Of a stretch of DNA of 64,000 nt, positions 1 through 10,987 are shown one piece after another; the stretch's first letter is position 1; the number at the start of each line of letters is the position of its first letter. The notes under the pieces were generated by a model. That model had not been told where the DNA came from. It saw only the letters and a program-made list of their open reading frames with translations, and did no database searches. Both the position numbers and the translations under genes were made by a program. The stretch lies in NCBI RefSeq assembly GCF_006345805.1, contig NW_021832381.1:102255-166254 (forward strand), in the 5' to 3' direction. The DNA comes from Octopus sinensis (taxonomy: Eukaryota).

Positions 1-963
1 TTTCGAGCTCACTAATTAAGTCAGCTCGAGGTCGACCCGTCATTGACCCAGCTCCTGAAGTCGACAAAGTCTGCACCGCCGAGTGAGATATAGTCGTTTC
101 CTCTGTCTGTGTTCCAACTTCAACTGTTTTCCTAACTCTTGGAACGTTCCATCCCGCCCATGGCTTCAAGGGTAAATTTTTTATGTCTGTTTGGTTGATT
201 TTAGCATTCGCCGAAGCTTCTTTTAACAGTTTCTGAACCAGAATTTTATCATTTTTCAGCTTTGAAGCTTCTTTAGCTTTCTCACAGCCCCGATAATTTG
301 CCAAGTGGCTCGAAGAACCGCAGTTGACACATTTTTTCATGTTAGAGTCCTTGCAATCTGTTCCAGCATGTGTACCCGAACAAAATAGACATTTCTCCTG
401 ATTTTTACAGAAGCGTGCTATGTGGCCAAACCCTTGGCATCGATAGCACTGGACTTCCGGTTTTCTGTACCACTCGGCCTTTACATTCGAAAAGCCAATC
501 TTTAGCCCCAATCGTACAAGCGATTGAGCTTCTCCATGATCAGAAGTTACCAATTTAATGATAGGGAGTCTCACTCCCCTTTTCTCAAAGCGTTCGAGAG
601 TCATTTTTCCTTTCACTTTGCCCTTCAGGAAGTCTTCGAGTTCCTCAATTTCGATCCAAGTTGGGACATTTTTTAGAATTATTGCCACTGGCCCGAATTT
701 CTTATTTTTGAGAGACTGGCCTCCCTCTCCAAAAGGTTTGCTTTCTTCTAATTCAATTTGAAAGTTTTCCACATCTTTTTCGACTTTGAAATTCAGTAGG
801 AAATCTCCTGACTGTCGGCGAGAGACTCGTGCCTTCTTGATCGATTTCATGTTGCATAGCGTGTTAAAAATATTAATAGATCCCATCGAGGGGTTATTGA
901 CTTTAAGCACAACAGTAATGTTCCTCCAAACTTGTTTTCATATGATAAATGCTCGTTTTCTGT
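1..963 (-). mobile_element. LINE-type element D: gag-like ORF1 with CCHC zinc knuckles, running off the window start
   Basis: Manual minus-strand translation gives ...VQCYRCQGFGHIARFCKNQEKCLFCSGTHAGTDC...KCVNCGSSSHLANYRGC, homologous to ORF1 at 1127-2428. It begins right after the junction motif at 964-976, with a stop or frameshift near 935-940. Confidence 0.85.
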
Positions 964-976
964 CTACAAATACCGT

Positions 977-2459
977 TGAATGAATGAATGAAGTTTATTG
1001 TAATTAACAGAGAAAGAGAAAGTGACAGGAATTAAGGACGGTGATAGGACGAGACTGATGCCAAGGCAACTGAACTCTTCTGAGCTTGCGTCCAATTCAT
1101 CTGTCGTGAGCCAGAGTTAATGGTGGCTATGTTGCTGAATTGCTCCCTTCTAGCAGGAGCTCTTGCAGCATATCCATATCCACTCCAAGTAGGGTCAGGG
1201 CTCCTACACAACAGCGGAAGCATTCCAGTTGGGAATCTCTGTTGTGTAGGTCCTGATCCGAGTGGGGACCTCTTTGTGACAAAGCTTTGTCACGGTGGGT
1301 TTTTCTCCTCTTATGAGGGACAGGCGAGCGGACCACTTCTGAGTTATGGCACTCATTAGTGGTTGTCTTCGAGTTTGTGAGTGTGCTGGGGGCCGGCGAC
1401 GTCTGAGTAGAGACATCGACTTTGGACGGACTTCGGGGAGCCGCTTTTGTCCAGACTGATTTTATCGGTTCGGCTTTTACCCAGCGTACTGGGCTTTTTG
1501 TCTGTGGGCTCTTCGCAGCCCTTGAGGCTGCTGTTGCTGCTTTGGCAGACGGACATCCACCGTAGCACGCCAAGTGCCCAATGTTCTTGCAATTAATGCA
1601 AGTTTTTGCAGCTGGGACACTCGGTTTCGGCTTGGAACTCGGGCAGTTTTGGTGCCTGTGTTCTTTACCGCAGAGGAGACAACGGAGTTTTTCTGAGCAT
1701 CTGTAGGACGTATGTCCAAACTGATTGCAACGGAAGCATCTCGTTGCTGAGGGCTTGTGCCATCCGCAGCGGATATGGCTGAAGCCCGCAGTTATTCCAA
1801 AGCGGATGAGGGTGTTGGCCTCGGCTCTGGAATCCAGCGTGAGTCTGCCGATAGGCATGTCGGTTCCATTGCGAGAGAATCTTTCGAACTTGAAGTCCGA
1901 TTCTAGACTTTCTCTCAAGTGGAGGTTAAGATCCTCTGTCGAGATCCAATGAGGGATTCCTTTAAAGACCAAGACTGAGGCCTTCTCAGCTATTGAGGCA
2001 AGTTTATGGCCGCCTTCGCCAAACATATTCGATTGAGTCAGCTCTGCTTTGAACGCAGCAGCATCCTCTGGCGAACTGAATTTTAGAATGAAGGTGCCGG
2101 ACTTCTGTAAGGTTATCCGGGCTATGGAAGCAGTTGGAGACTTGGATAGGAGGTTAAACCTCTTGATCTTTCCAAGTGCCGAGTTTTCGATACTCAGAGA
2201 ATATGTGAGGTTTGAGCTGTTAGCCTCAGTTGTCGTCTGATAGAATTGGGTCTCACTGTGTTTTTGAGCCACAGTAGGGTTCGGAGGGTTCGGATGTTCG
2301 GTGGGATATTCAGGTTCGCAAAAGGGCTGTGGCTTGGCCGCTGTTCGTCCTTGAACTTTGGAGCAAGCTTTGATTGATTCGAGATTTTGTTTATTCTTGA
2401 CCATTTTTTCTTTATTTTCCTTTACCATGCAACTGGATTCTCACAGCAATTCTCAAATA
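977..2459 (-). mobile_element. Element C: ORF1-only (gag-only) non-autonomous LINE-like element
   Basis: Single 433-aa ORF1, short 3' UTR resembling the 3' end of element B, AATAAA and a (TTCA)4 tail. Flanked by the 13-bp direct repeat ACGGTATTTGTAG (964-976 and 2460-2472). No endonuclease or RT coding sequence. Confidence 0.85.
1127..2428 (-). CDS. Non-LTR retrotransposon ORF1 (gag-like nucleic-acid chaperone with zinc knuckles)
   Basis: Uninterrupted 433-aa ORF containing CFRCNQFGHTSYRC, CLLCGKEHRHQNC and CINCKNIGHLACYGGC knuckles. Confidence 0.9.
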   Translation of the reverse strand: MVKENKEKMVKNKQNLESIKACSKVQGRTAAKPQPFCEPEYPTEHPNPPNPTVAQKHSETQFYQTTTEANSSNLTYSLSIENSALGKIKRFNLLSKSPTASIARITLQKSGTFILKFSSPEDAAAFKAELTQSNMFGEGGHKLASIAEKASVLVFKGIPHWISTEDLNLHLRESLESDFKFERFSRNGTDMPIGRLTLDSRAEANTLIRFGITAGFSHIRCGWHKPSATRCFRCNQFGHTSYRCSEKLRCLLCGKEHRHQNCPSSKPKPSVPAAKTCINCKNIGHLACYGGCPSAKAATAASRAAKSPQTKSPVRWVKAEPIKSVWTKAAPRSPSKVDVSTQTSPAPSTLTNSKTTTNECHNSEVVRSPVPHKRRKTHRDKALSQRGPHSDQDLHNRDSQLECFRCCVGALTLLGVDMDMLQELLLEGSNSAT

Positions 2460-2472
2460 CTACAAATACCGT

Positions 2473-4888
2473 TGAATGAATGAAGAATTTTATTGTAAGA
2501 AAGAAGAAACGAGACAGAAACTTAGTGCGGAAAAATAATTTTGACGAGACGATTGCTTTGGGCATTCGAGCTCTTCCATGGTTCGTCCGCTTTGTCTGTC
2601 TATGAGCAGGGACACCTGCTATTCTCCACGATCGATGAATAGGTCAGCCACTTTAGAGCGTTTCCGAAAAGTTCGGATAGAAGCCTCGATGGTTTGCCGT
2701 AGCTCTGGAGACTTGCTCTCCGCCCAGCTTGGGACAGGCTCCCATGGATTTAGCATATAGGCTAGTTTTAGAGCGTATCTCCGTATTTTTTCGCATTTTC
2801 GCAGAATTTTCTCATATTGTTTCGAGTAGAACCAAGCTTCCATACCATACAGTAGGCTGGGCAAGATTGTTGCATGGTATACAAATAGGAAGGTATTTGG
2901 ATTCAAGTGCATGCCTCTTAGAAGTCGGAGAGCGGCGATGGCTTTCCCTTTTCTCCGTTTGAAATGCAAATGGTATCTCGAGTTTGCGTCGATTGTGAGC
3001 CCCAGGTAACGTATGCTCTCAGGGCGAGCGATTTCCACCAAAGAGCCGGGTTTGCGATCTTGCGACTTTCTTGGGTTAATTTAGAGATATGCAGATTTGT
3101 CCATGGCCAGCGAGAGTCGCTTACCAATGCACCAATTCTTTATCTCCTCAATGTAGCCGGCAAGTCGTTTCTCAGAGGCATTGGTGTCCATCGAGGTGTC
3201 CAGAACGAGAACATCGTCTGCGTAGAGGAGTAGGGATGTCCTGGGATCGGAGGGTGTGGGGAAACTGCTCATTACCAAATTGAAAAGGATTGGGCTGAGA
3301 CAGGACCCCTGCGGAACCCCCCTTCGAAGCGAAATATATCTTGAGAAGAAGCCCGACTCAGAGATATAAGAGTAACGATTTGAGAGGAAGCAGCGCATCC
3401 AGAGAAAGACTTCCGCTGTTGGCTCACAGAGTTCGATCCTTTCCAGGAGGTCTCTGTGCCAGACGCTGTCAAAAGCCTTTGAGATGTCCAGACATACAAG
3501 AGATAAAGTTTCTTTAAACTCCATTGCTCTCGAGATGGTGGACTGTACCGTAATGAAACAGTCACCGCAGCTACGTTCAGAGCGAAAACCCCATTGCTGC
3601 GGGAGCAGCACTTTCTTCTCTTCGGCGTGGAAGTCGAGGCGCTTGGCCATAATTTTCTCCATCAGCCTTGAGATAGTTGGGATTAGGCTTATGGGACGGT
3701 AGCTGTTAGCGAGATTCACCGGTTTCGCAGGCTTTTTGATCATCCGGACCTTCGAGATTTTCCATTTTCCCGGCACATGGCCCCACTTGAGACTTGCCGT
3801 AAACAGATCCGCGAGGAACACATGTAGGTCTTCGGGTGCTTTCTTAAACAATCGCATCGGTATTTTGTCATGGCCCGGTGCGTTGCCTTTTGACGAACGG
3901 ATGGCCCAGGTCACCTCTGCAATGGTGATCGGGTGATGGTCCGACGACAGTGGGCGCGGCAGTGGCTCCGACTCCCGGTTTTGCAACGTTTCCGGATTGG
4001 CCTCCTGGATAGTGGCCAGGTGTTCTGCGAATATGTTTGGCATCTCTTGTGGCGAGGCGGGCATACCAGACTGGTTGCACAACCTCGGGGGTGAGGATTT
4101 TCCTTCGAGGTTAGCCACTTTGTGGAAACAGTCCCAGAAATTTGGGTTTCTGTAGTCCAGGTTTTGACAAGCCTTCTACCATTTCCTGGCTGCTTCCAGC
4201 TTTGTCGCGACGTGGACCTTATACCCAATTTCCGAGATCATGTTCCTAAGTCTTCCCCTGTCAGCTGGGTCCACACAGCGTTTGAGTTTATTTCTCAGCC
4301 GCTTCCTTTCGTTGAGGATGATCTTCACTTTCACGCTCGGAGTGGTCCTCCGTGCGCGGTCTGCACTTGGCAATTCTCCGTACGACGTTAGATACTGAAG
4401 CATGAATTTGCTTAACTTATCGCTTGCGGAGTCGATGTCGAGGGCTGAGTTATACCCAACAGGGCGACCGTTGTCGTGCAGGAATGCACTTATGAAGCTC
4501 CTGTAGTGTGGCCAGTTGATCTTTGAGAGATTGTAGTGAGAGGAAATGTGTTCTTGTCTAACAATGCTAGTGTGAATTTTGATCTCCATTGGTAGGTGGT
4601 CACTTCCGATATCGTCAAGCACTGTAGGCTTTTCCATAAGGTTAGCGACAGAGTGAGAACAGATGCACAGGCACAGGTTGTCCCCGCCAAAGGGCGAGTG
4701 GTGGTTCGGGTCTTCGGATGTCCTGACGAAAACACCAAGCTTGTCAGTGACCTTCTTCAGTGTTCGACCATCTTGGTTGGTTAACCGACATCCAAACGCC
4801 GTGTGCTTCGAGTTTAAGTCTCCGATAAGAAGGCAATGAGCTATGCTTGAGAAGAATTCGTCAATCAATCTGATGCAGGGGGGGAGAT
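2473..4888 (-). mobile_element. Element B: 5'-truncated LINE, frameshifted ORF2 (APE + RT)
   Basis: ORFs 4176-4868 (APE: GDLNSKH, GSDHLP), 3081-4118 (RT: YRPISL, KAFDSVWH, PQGSCLSP, YADD) and 2619-3041 (C-terminus). AATAAA plus (TTCA)3 tail. Flanked by ACGGTATTT at 4889-4897 and 2464-2472. Confidence 0.92.
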
Positions 4889-4897
4889 AAATACCGT

Positions 4898-6336
4898 TGA
4901 ACGAACGAACAGATTTTATTGACTTAGCAACCGAAAGAGAAGAGTTTTATGAAAAGGTTTTATTTAAAATCGAGACACCGGAAGCCTCCTCCTTGCTTTC
5001 CTATTCACTTCTCATGCCCTTTGCAATGAGCAGAGGACTTGCCAAATGTTTTGAGTTTGTTCGTCTAGCTCTCTGGGGAGATCCTGATCAAGCCGTAGCT
5101 TATACGCCAGTTTAATCGCAAAGCGCCTTGTTTTCTCCAGTTTGGTGATTATGCGATTTCTCTCGTCTGTAGGGTACCAACCTTCATGTCCATAGATAAG
5201 GACTGGTTCTACAGTCGCCTTATAGATGAAGAGAAAGGTGTCTGGGGAGAGATGGAAGCGTATAAGGCTTCTCAGGATCCCGGAACATTTCCTTCTTCTA
5301 GATTCCACGAACTTAAGGAACGATCCGTCAGCCCCGATCGTTACCCCAAGGTAGCGTAGGTCGTCAGTGATTCTTAGTCCCATTGTCTCCAGAATTGGTT
5401 CTCTTTCTTTCCGAGTTTTAGAAACCCACGTGATGGTGGACTTGTCTCGTGCTAAGGAGAGGGCTTTCTCCGTAGCCCAAGACTCAACCCTCGCTATATA
5501 TTCCCTCAGGCTTTTCCAAGAGAGGTCCTTGGATCGCGACAGATCCGTAACCAATATGTCGTCCGCATAGATAATTAGTAGACTCTCCGGATTTACTGGT
5601 TTCGGGATGTCGGCAACGTATAAGTTGAAAAGTAGAGGGCTCAGGACCGACCCTTGAGGCACTCCCCTCCTTAGATTGATTGTATCCGAGGTCCGGTTAC
5701 CACATCTGATAAAAGACTTTCGCATGTGTAAGAAATTCTCTAGCCATTTGACAGTCCTTTGCCCCGGATGGATACTGATGATCCTTTCCAGGAGGCCTAC
5801 GTGCCAAACGCTGTCGAACGCCTTTGAAATGTCCAGACAAACAGCTGTCATCCCCATCTTGTGTGTAAGGGCCCTCGAGATTTGCGTTTCCAGTTGGGCA
5901 AAGCAGTTTCCACAAGACTTCCCACGTCGGAAACCCCATTGTTCTTTAGCCAGGTAACCTGACTCCTCCACGAGAATAGATAATCTGTTAAAGATTATAC
6001 GTTCCATGATTCTTGATATGGAGCAGATGAGACTTATGGGTCGGAAATTTTCTGCACGGTCTTTAGGTTTCCCTGCCTTTGGAATCATTCGTACCACGGT
6101 TTTCTTCCATGCATTCGGGACGTATCCAGTCTCCCAACTGGCATTGAAAAGTATCGTTATTATCTTGACTAGGCTTATCGGGGCCTCTTTGAAGACTCGG
6201 ATGGGTATGTAATCAAAACCCGGTGCGTTGTCCTTGCATCTTTTAATTGCTAGTAGGGTTTCATCAAGGGTGATTGCGTGACAAAGTCGACCAGGGGACA
6301 TTTTCGCAGAGGCTATTGCCCTCTTTTTATCGTCCA
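4898..6336 (-). mobile_element. Element A, 3' part: LINE RT domain and tail
   Basis: 441-aa ORF with FRPISL, KAFDSVWH, PQGSVLSP and YADD. AATAAA plus (TTCG)2TTCA tail. Confidence 0.93.
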
Positions 6337-6448
6337 CTAGCTCGGCAGCTCGCTTCGCTCACCGCGACCTAGCTCCTGCGGAGGGCCTGTTTCATCAAAC
6401 AACTATAAGTTTATGTAGATGTATAAAACTACCTGGTTTAATGTAACC

Positions 6449-6880
6449 CTATTCTATCGCCTGTTGATAAACGATGTTTGTCGTCCGTCCTTCCTTGGCA
6501 TATATGAATAAATTTTCTCTTCTGCCTACCCTCGAGCATCCCACATACAGCTGTCCATATGAAAAGCACTCACTCTCTAAAAATAACCCAACTACCTTTA
6601 ATGACTGTCCCTGGGCCTTGTTTATTGTCATTGCAAAACTCATCCTCAAAGGAAATTGCAGCCTTTTAAATCTAAATGGTAATTCATCAGAAATTATCGG
6701 AATTCGTGGAATATAAACATCCTCACCTCTATACTTACCTGTTAATATCGTCGCCTCTATTACGTTAGCCATCAAATTTTTGATAACTAACCTCGTTCCG
6801 TTGCATAATTTAGGTGGCGCAAGATTTCGTAATAAAACCACTGGAACGCCTATCTTTAACTTTAAAAGATGATTCGGCAT
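6449..6880 (-). pseudogene. Helitron RepHel PIF1-helicase C-terminal fragment
   Basis: [15 protein letters not shown]...LCNGTRL...[22 protein letters not shown]...[10 protein letters not shown] are PIF1-type helicase motifs. Confidence 0.9.
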
Positions 6881-7729
6881 TCCAGAGGGATCTAAGGAGT
6901 TTAAAAATTCAATCCGGTTGAATTTTTAGAAAATAACAAAAAATAAAGAAAAACAAATAAAAATGAATAATTTAAAAACAAAAAATAAAAAAAACAAAAA
7001 AAAAACTTTAAAAATTTGTAAAATAGTATAAACAAAAAAAATCTCTGCCGCCACGGCAACAACCAGTCTAATTTTTTAACAGCCAATTAAGATAATGCTT
7101 AAGAGCCTTTATAGTCCGGAGATTTAGCTTAGTGACCTTGATTAGACAAACCACTGGCGGAAATGGGGCAGCCGGAGATGGGGCAGGCAGAGTAGCAGCA
7201 GCCAAAAAAGCGACACACAAAAAAGATTTAATTAATTACCTTAAGCTGACCGTTTTTTCTTCAGCTTCGTTTTTCCTCCTTCGGTTATCTATTTAAAAAA
7301 TTATTTTTGAATAATAAAAAAGTTTAGGAAAAGAGGCATACCGAAAACAAATTCTATCTTTACGAAAAACTTAAGTAAATAGTTAATATTTTTACGCAAA
7401 TTCTTCTGATTGCGCTGTCAATTGGTGGTAAATTGTGTTAATGATTGTGCTAATGTGGTTTTAACTATCAAAGTGTTTTTCAAAATCTGTTAATTGCACA
7501 CTCTATTCAAGGTCGTGCAATCTGTAATTGCACATTCTGTCAAAGTCAAATATGATAATAGCTATAATTTTGATTCATGGTCGATAATGATATATGCATT
7601 TAATTTTAAAGAGAAAATCATAGGATGAATTAAATTTCTTTATCGCGAATAATTGGGAGTTCATCATTGTTAATATTCTCGCTGTCGTTTTCATCAAGGA
7701 TATTCTTAATACGTGAGATTTTTGCCTCG

Positions 7730-8622
7730 AAGGTTTTAATGGACCTCATCATGAATGTCGAGGACATTAACGTTATTCATTTTAATCAAATGCAGAAAAT
7801 AATTTTTTGATTTTTTGGCGGGAAGGTTTTAAGGACCTCATCATGTAAGTCGAGGACATCGTAGTTGTTCATTTTAACCAAAATGCAGAAAATTTTTTTA
7901 ATTTTTTTTGGGGGAAGGCTTTAAGGACCTTATCATGTAAGTCGAGGACATCGTAGTTGTTCATTTTAACCAAAATGCAGAAAACTTTTTTTTTAATTTT
8001 TTTTGGGGGGAAGGTTTTAAGGACTTCATCATGTAAGTCGAGGACATTGTAGTTGTTCATTTTAACCAATATGCAAAAAAATTTTTTTTAATTTTTTTTG
8101 GGGGGGAGGTTTTAAGGACTTCATCATGTAAGTCGAGGACATTGTAGTTGTTCATTTTAACCAAAATGCAGAAAATTTTTTTTAATTTTTTTGGGGGGGA
8201 AGGTTTTAAGGACCTCATCATGTAAGTCGAGGACATCGTAGTTATTCATTTTAACCAAAATGCAGAAAATTTTTTTTAATTTTTTTTGGGGGGGAAGGTT
8301 TTAAGGACCTCATCATGTAAGTCGAGGACATCGTAGTTGTTCATTTTAACCAAAATGCAGAAAATTTTTTTTAATTTTTTTGGGGGGGAAGGTTTTAAGG
8401 ACCTCATCATGTAAGTCGAGGACATCGTAGTTGTTCATTTTAACCAAAATGCAGAAAATTTTTTTTTTAATTTTTTTTGGGGGGGAAGGTTTTAAGGACC
8501 TCATCATGTAAGTCGAGGACATCGTAGTTGTTCATTTTGACCAAAACGCAGAAAAATTTTTTTTAATTTTTTTGGGGGGGAAGGTTTTAAGGACCTCATC
8601 ATGTAAGTCGAGGACATCGTAT
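7730..8622. repeat. ~93-95-bp tandem minisatellite (about 9-10 copies) inside the Helitron
   Basis: Repeated CCTCATCATGTAAGTCGAGGACATCGTAGTTGTTCATTTTAACC...GGAAGGTTTTAAGGA, varying mainly in homopolymer length. No unique spacers. Confidence 0.95.
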
Positions 8623-8713
8623 TGCCAATTTGAAGTTGGTGTGCACACACAGACAGACAGACAGACACACAGACAGACAGACAGACACACACCATACCAT
8701 TTTATTATTAAGA

Positions 8714-9210
8714 TTATATCTGTCGGGACAAAACAGCTCGGGTCGACATCTTGAATTTTCGCCAGTTGTTGACGTAAAGCGTCAGGTACATCGTCTCGGT
8801 TGATGGCATAGCCATTTTCTGTGGTTAAATTGATTTCATCTCCTTTGCATTCCGTTTCCTTTAGGCGATATGCCTTCCAGAAACTTGGGTGTCTTCGATT
8901 AAGCTTAAAACATTCCAATCTCCAAGCTGAGTCAATGTTTTCTTTAGACCTTTTGTCGATCCTCTTTTTAAGAGAGGAAATCATTGCTCGTAGGCGTGTG
9001 CAGTCTGTTGGGTCAAAACATCTGCGTAGCCTCTTCTGGTATCTTGCCTTTTCTTTCAGGAGACTCACTACTGTGTCGTCGAGTTCATGAGTCCCTCCAC
9101 CAGAGTGTTTAATGAACTTTTTCCTGGAGAACTTCTCCAAAGAAGTGTTGATAAGATTCCTAACGAGCTAGTCCAGACTTTCAATTTGTTTTGTCTCGTG
9201 TGGGACGCGA
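8714..9210 (-). mobile_element. Element A, 5' part (APE-RT linker), 5'-truncated
   Basis: SAWRLECFKLNRRHPSFWKAY...DALRQQLAKIQDVD aligns with the linker of ORF 32086-33729 and joins 6336 in frame. One in-frame stop near 9170. Confidence 0.85.
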
Positions 9211-9352
9211 CATATTAATAATGTCTGACATCTTCAATATCAAAAAAAGTATTTTAATTAGACATGATTTTTCCATTAATTTGTTGTATTGCGGTTTAAT
9301 ACGTTTCTGTATTAATTTTATCTGAAAATTTACGCCTGGGTGTAATTTGATT

Positions 9353-10987
9353 AATGGGGAAAATTAATTCTATATTATTACAATTTTTGTTCAAAAACTC
9401 ATTAATTATAGCAACAATTTTATGTGCGCTGTTTGGGATTGGAATTGGAATTTATTTGAGAACATTTTCGTTATCACAAGATGTTATAACATGGATTGGT
9501 TATTATTATTTCTAATACTGTTTAATTAAATAGGCATTCCCGGGGAACTTTTTTACCGTGCTTTAAACATGCTAGTACTTCCTTTAATAATTCCTAGCAT
9601 ATTCGTGGGTGATTATATATTTATTATTATTTTATAGCCATTTCAGAGATGAAACCTTCTGATAGCACAAGAACGATAGGAATTGTTTTCGGTTATGGAA
9701 TATTAATTAACATTATTATGAATTTTATTGCCTTTGGATTTACATTGATTATAAAGCCAGGAAGTACGACTTCTAAAATGACTTATAGCGAGAAACAGTC
9801 TTAATCAGACTGGAACATTTGATGATGTTTATTCAACAAAACTAATCATTTCTGACATCATGGCCGATTTCCTAAGGTATATAATGGTCAAATATTGTAG
9901 AAACCTAATTCCTGATAATTTGGTTAGAGCATTTTTTTCGTCTGTAATTATTTAACTGTAAAAAATTTTAGGCTTTGACGGTTACTAAAAATACCTCTTC
10001 TGGAATACTTGAAAAACATCTAACAGAGACTGAAGGAAGCAACATTATCGGTAAAGTATTTCTCTTTTTTTAGGTCTTGTATTTGCAACAATTTTGTTTG
10101 CAATAACTGGAAATTATATTCTGACAGATGAAATTTCTCAGCTCATCATGGTTGTTTCTGGATTTCAAAAAATTGTCATTCATCTTTTTTCAAAATTATT
10201 TACGTATTTATTAATAAAATCGTAGAATAATGCCGGTGGGAGTAATGTCAATCGTTGCTAGTACGATTATACAGGCTTCGGATATTGAAACTATTTTTTT
10301 TTCTCTTGGATATTTGATTATTACAGTTATATCAGTATTGTGTGTTCAAATGTTTGTTTTTATTCCATTCACAATTTATTTGACAACTCGCAGGAATCCG
10401 TTGTCTATTATGGCAAATTTTATAGAAGGCTTTTTAGTTTCTATTTCAACTTCATCAAGGTTCTTTTAATAAAGAAAATAATTTAGTCTAAGTGGAGTCC
10501 CTAAATTGTCAGAAGGACTTATAAATGCCTTTGAAACTGATTCTACTCAAGCAAATTCGGCTGTAGCTTTATCTGTCCCGCTATGTGCATCTGGTTCTAG
10601 TGCCTACATTACGTGTGCAATAATGTTTATTGCAAATCTTGTAAAAAAACCTTTCATGCTCGAACAAATAATAATTGCCATGTTTTTATTGTGGATTTTC
10701 GATGATTAGATTTCTGAACTCCATCTCGGTCATTGCTCTACCAACGATTCCTAACGCTAGCATTGTCCTTGTAATAATCATTCTTAAATCATTTAATATT
10801 TCGACAAAGTTTGTCGGCTTGTTGTTTGCGATTGATTGGTTATTGTATGTGATGTTATATAACTAATTCAAGGGACCGTTTAAGGACAGGAGTTAACTAC
10901 TACAATATGTCAGTATGTTCTATTATTGCCTGCAAATATTCTAACATTAATATGAAACGTGATAAACACCCGGGAACTATGTTGTAG
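9353..10987 (+). CDS. SLC1/EAAT-family (dicarboxylate/amino acid:cation symporter) transporter, 11 exons
   Basis: Spliced translation: GIPGELFYRALNMLVLPLIIPS, LIIKPG, DFLRNLIPDNLV, NIIGLVF, STSSS, AIDWLLDRLRTGVN. Ten GT-AG introns: 9499-9533, 9609-9637, 9764-9788, 9877-9900, 9944-9971, 10051-10073, 10204-10225, 10460-10486, 10682-10709, 10845-10872. Confidence 0.9.

Larger units (their letters stand above)
6337..8713 (-). mobile_element. Non-autonomous Helitron inserted into LINE A
   Basis: 5' TC at 8713-8712, 3' GC-rich subterminal sequence ending CTAG at 6340-6337, inserted between A and T. Removing it restores the LINE frame (VPTDI-M-DDKKRAI). Carries a PIF1 C-terminal fragment, a CTGT microsatellite and a ~94-bp tandem repeat. 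Confidence 0.9.

Noticed and set aside
2452-2472. ACGGTATTTGTAG(TATTTGAG) as a spliced leader copied onto LINE 5' ends
   Set aside because: The copies are truncated at their 3' side (9, 13, 13 nt) and always start at the same base after the upstream tail. That fits TSDs, not 5'-truncated leader cDNA. An SL RNA gene as the original target cannot be excluded.
7730-8622. CRISPR-like appearance of the ~94-bp repeat
   Set aside because: No unique spacers, no cas genes, eukaryotic context, and it lies inside a Helitron.
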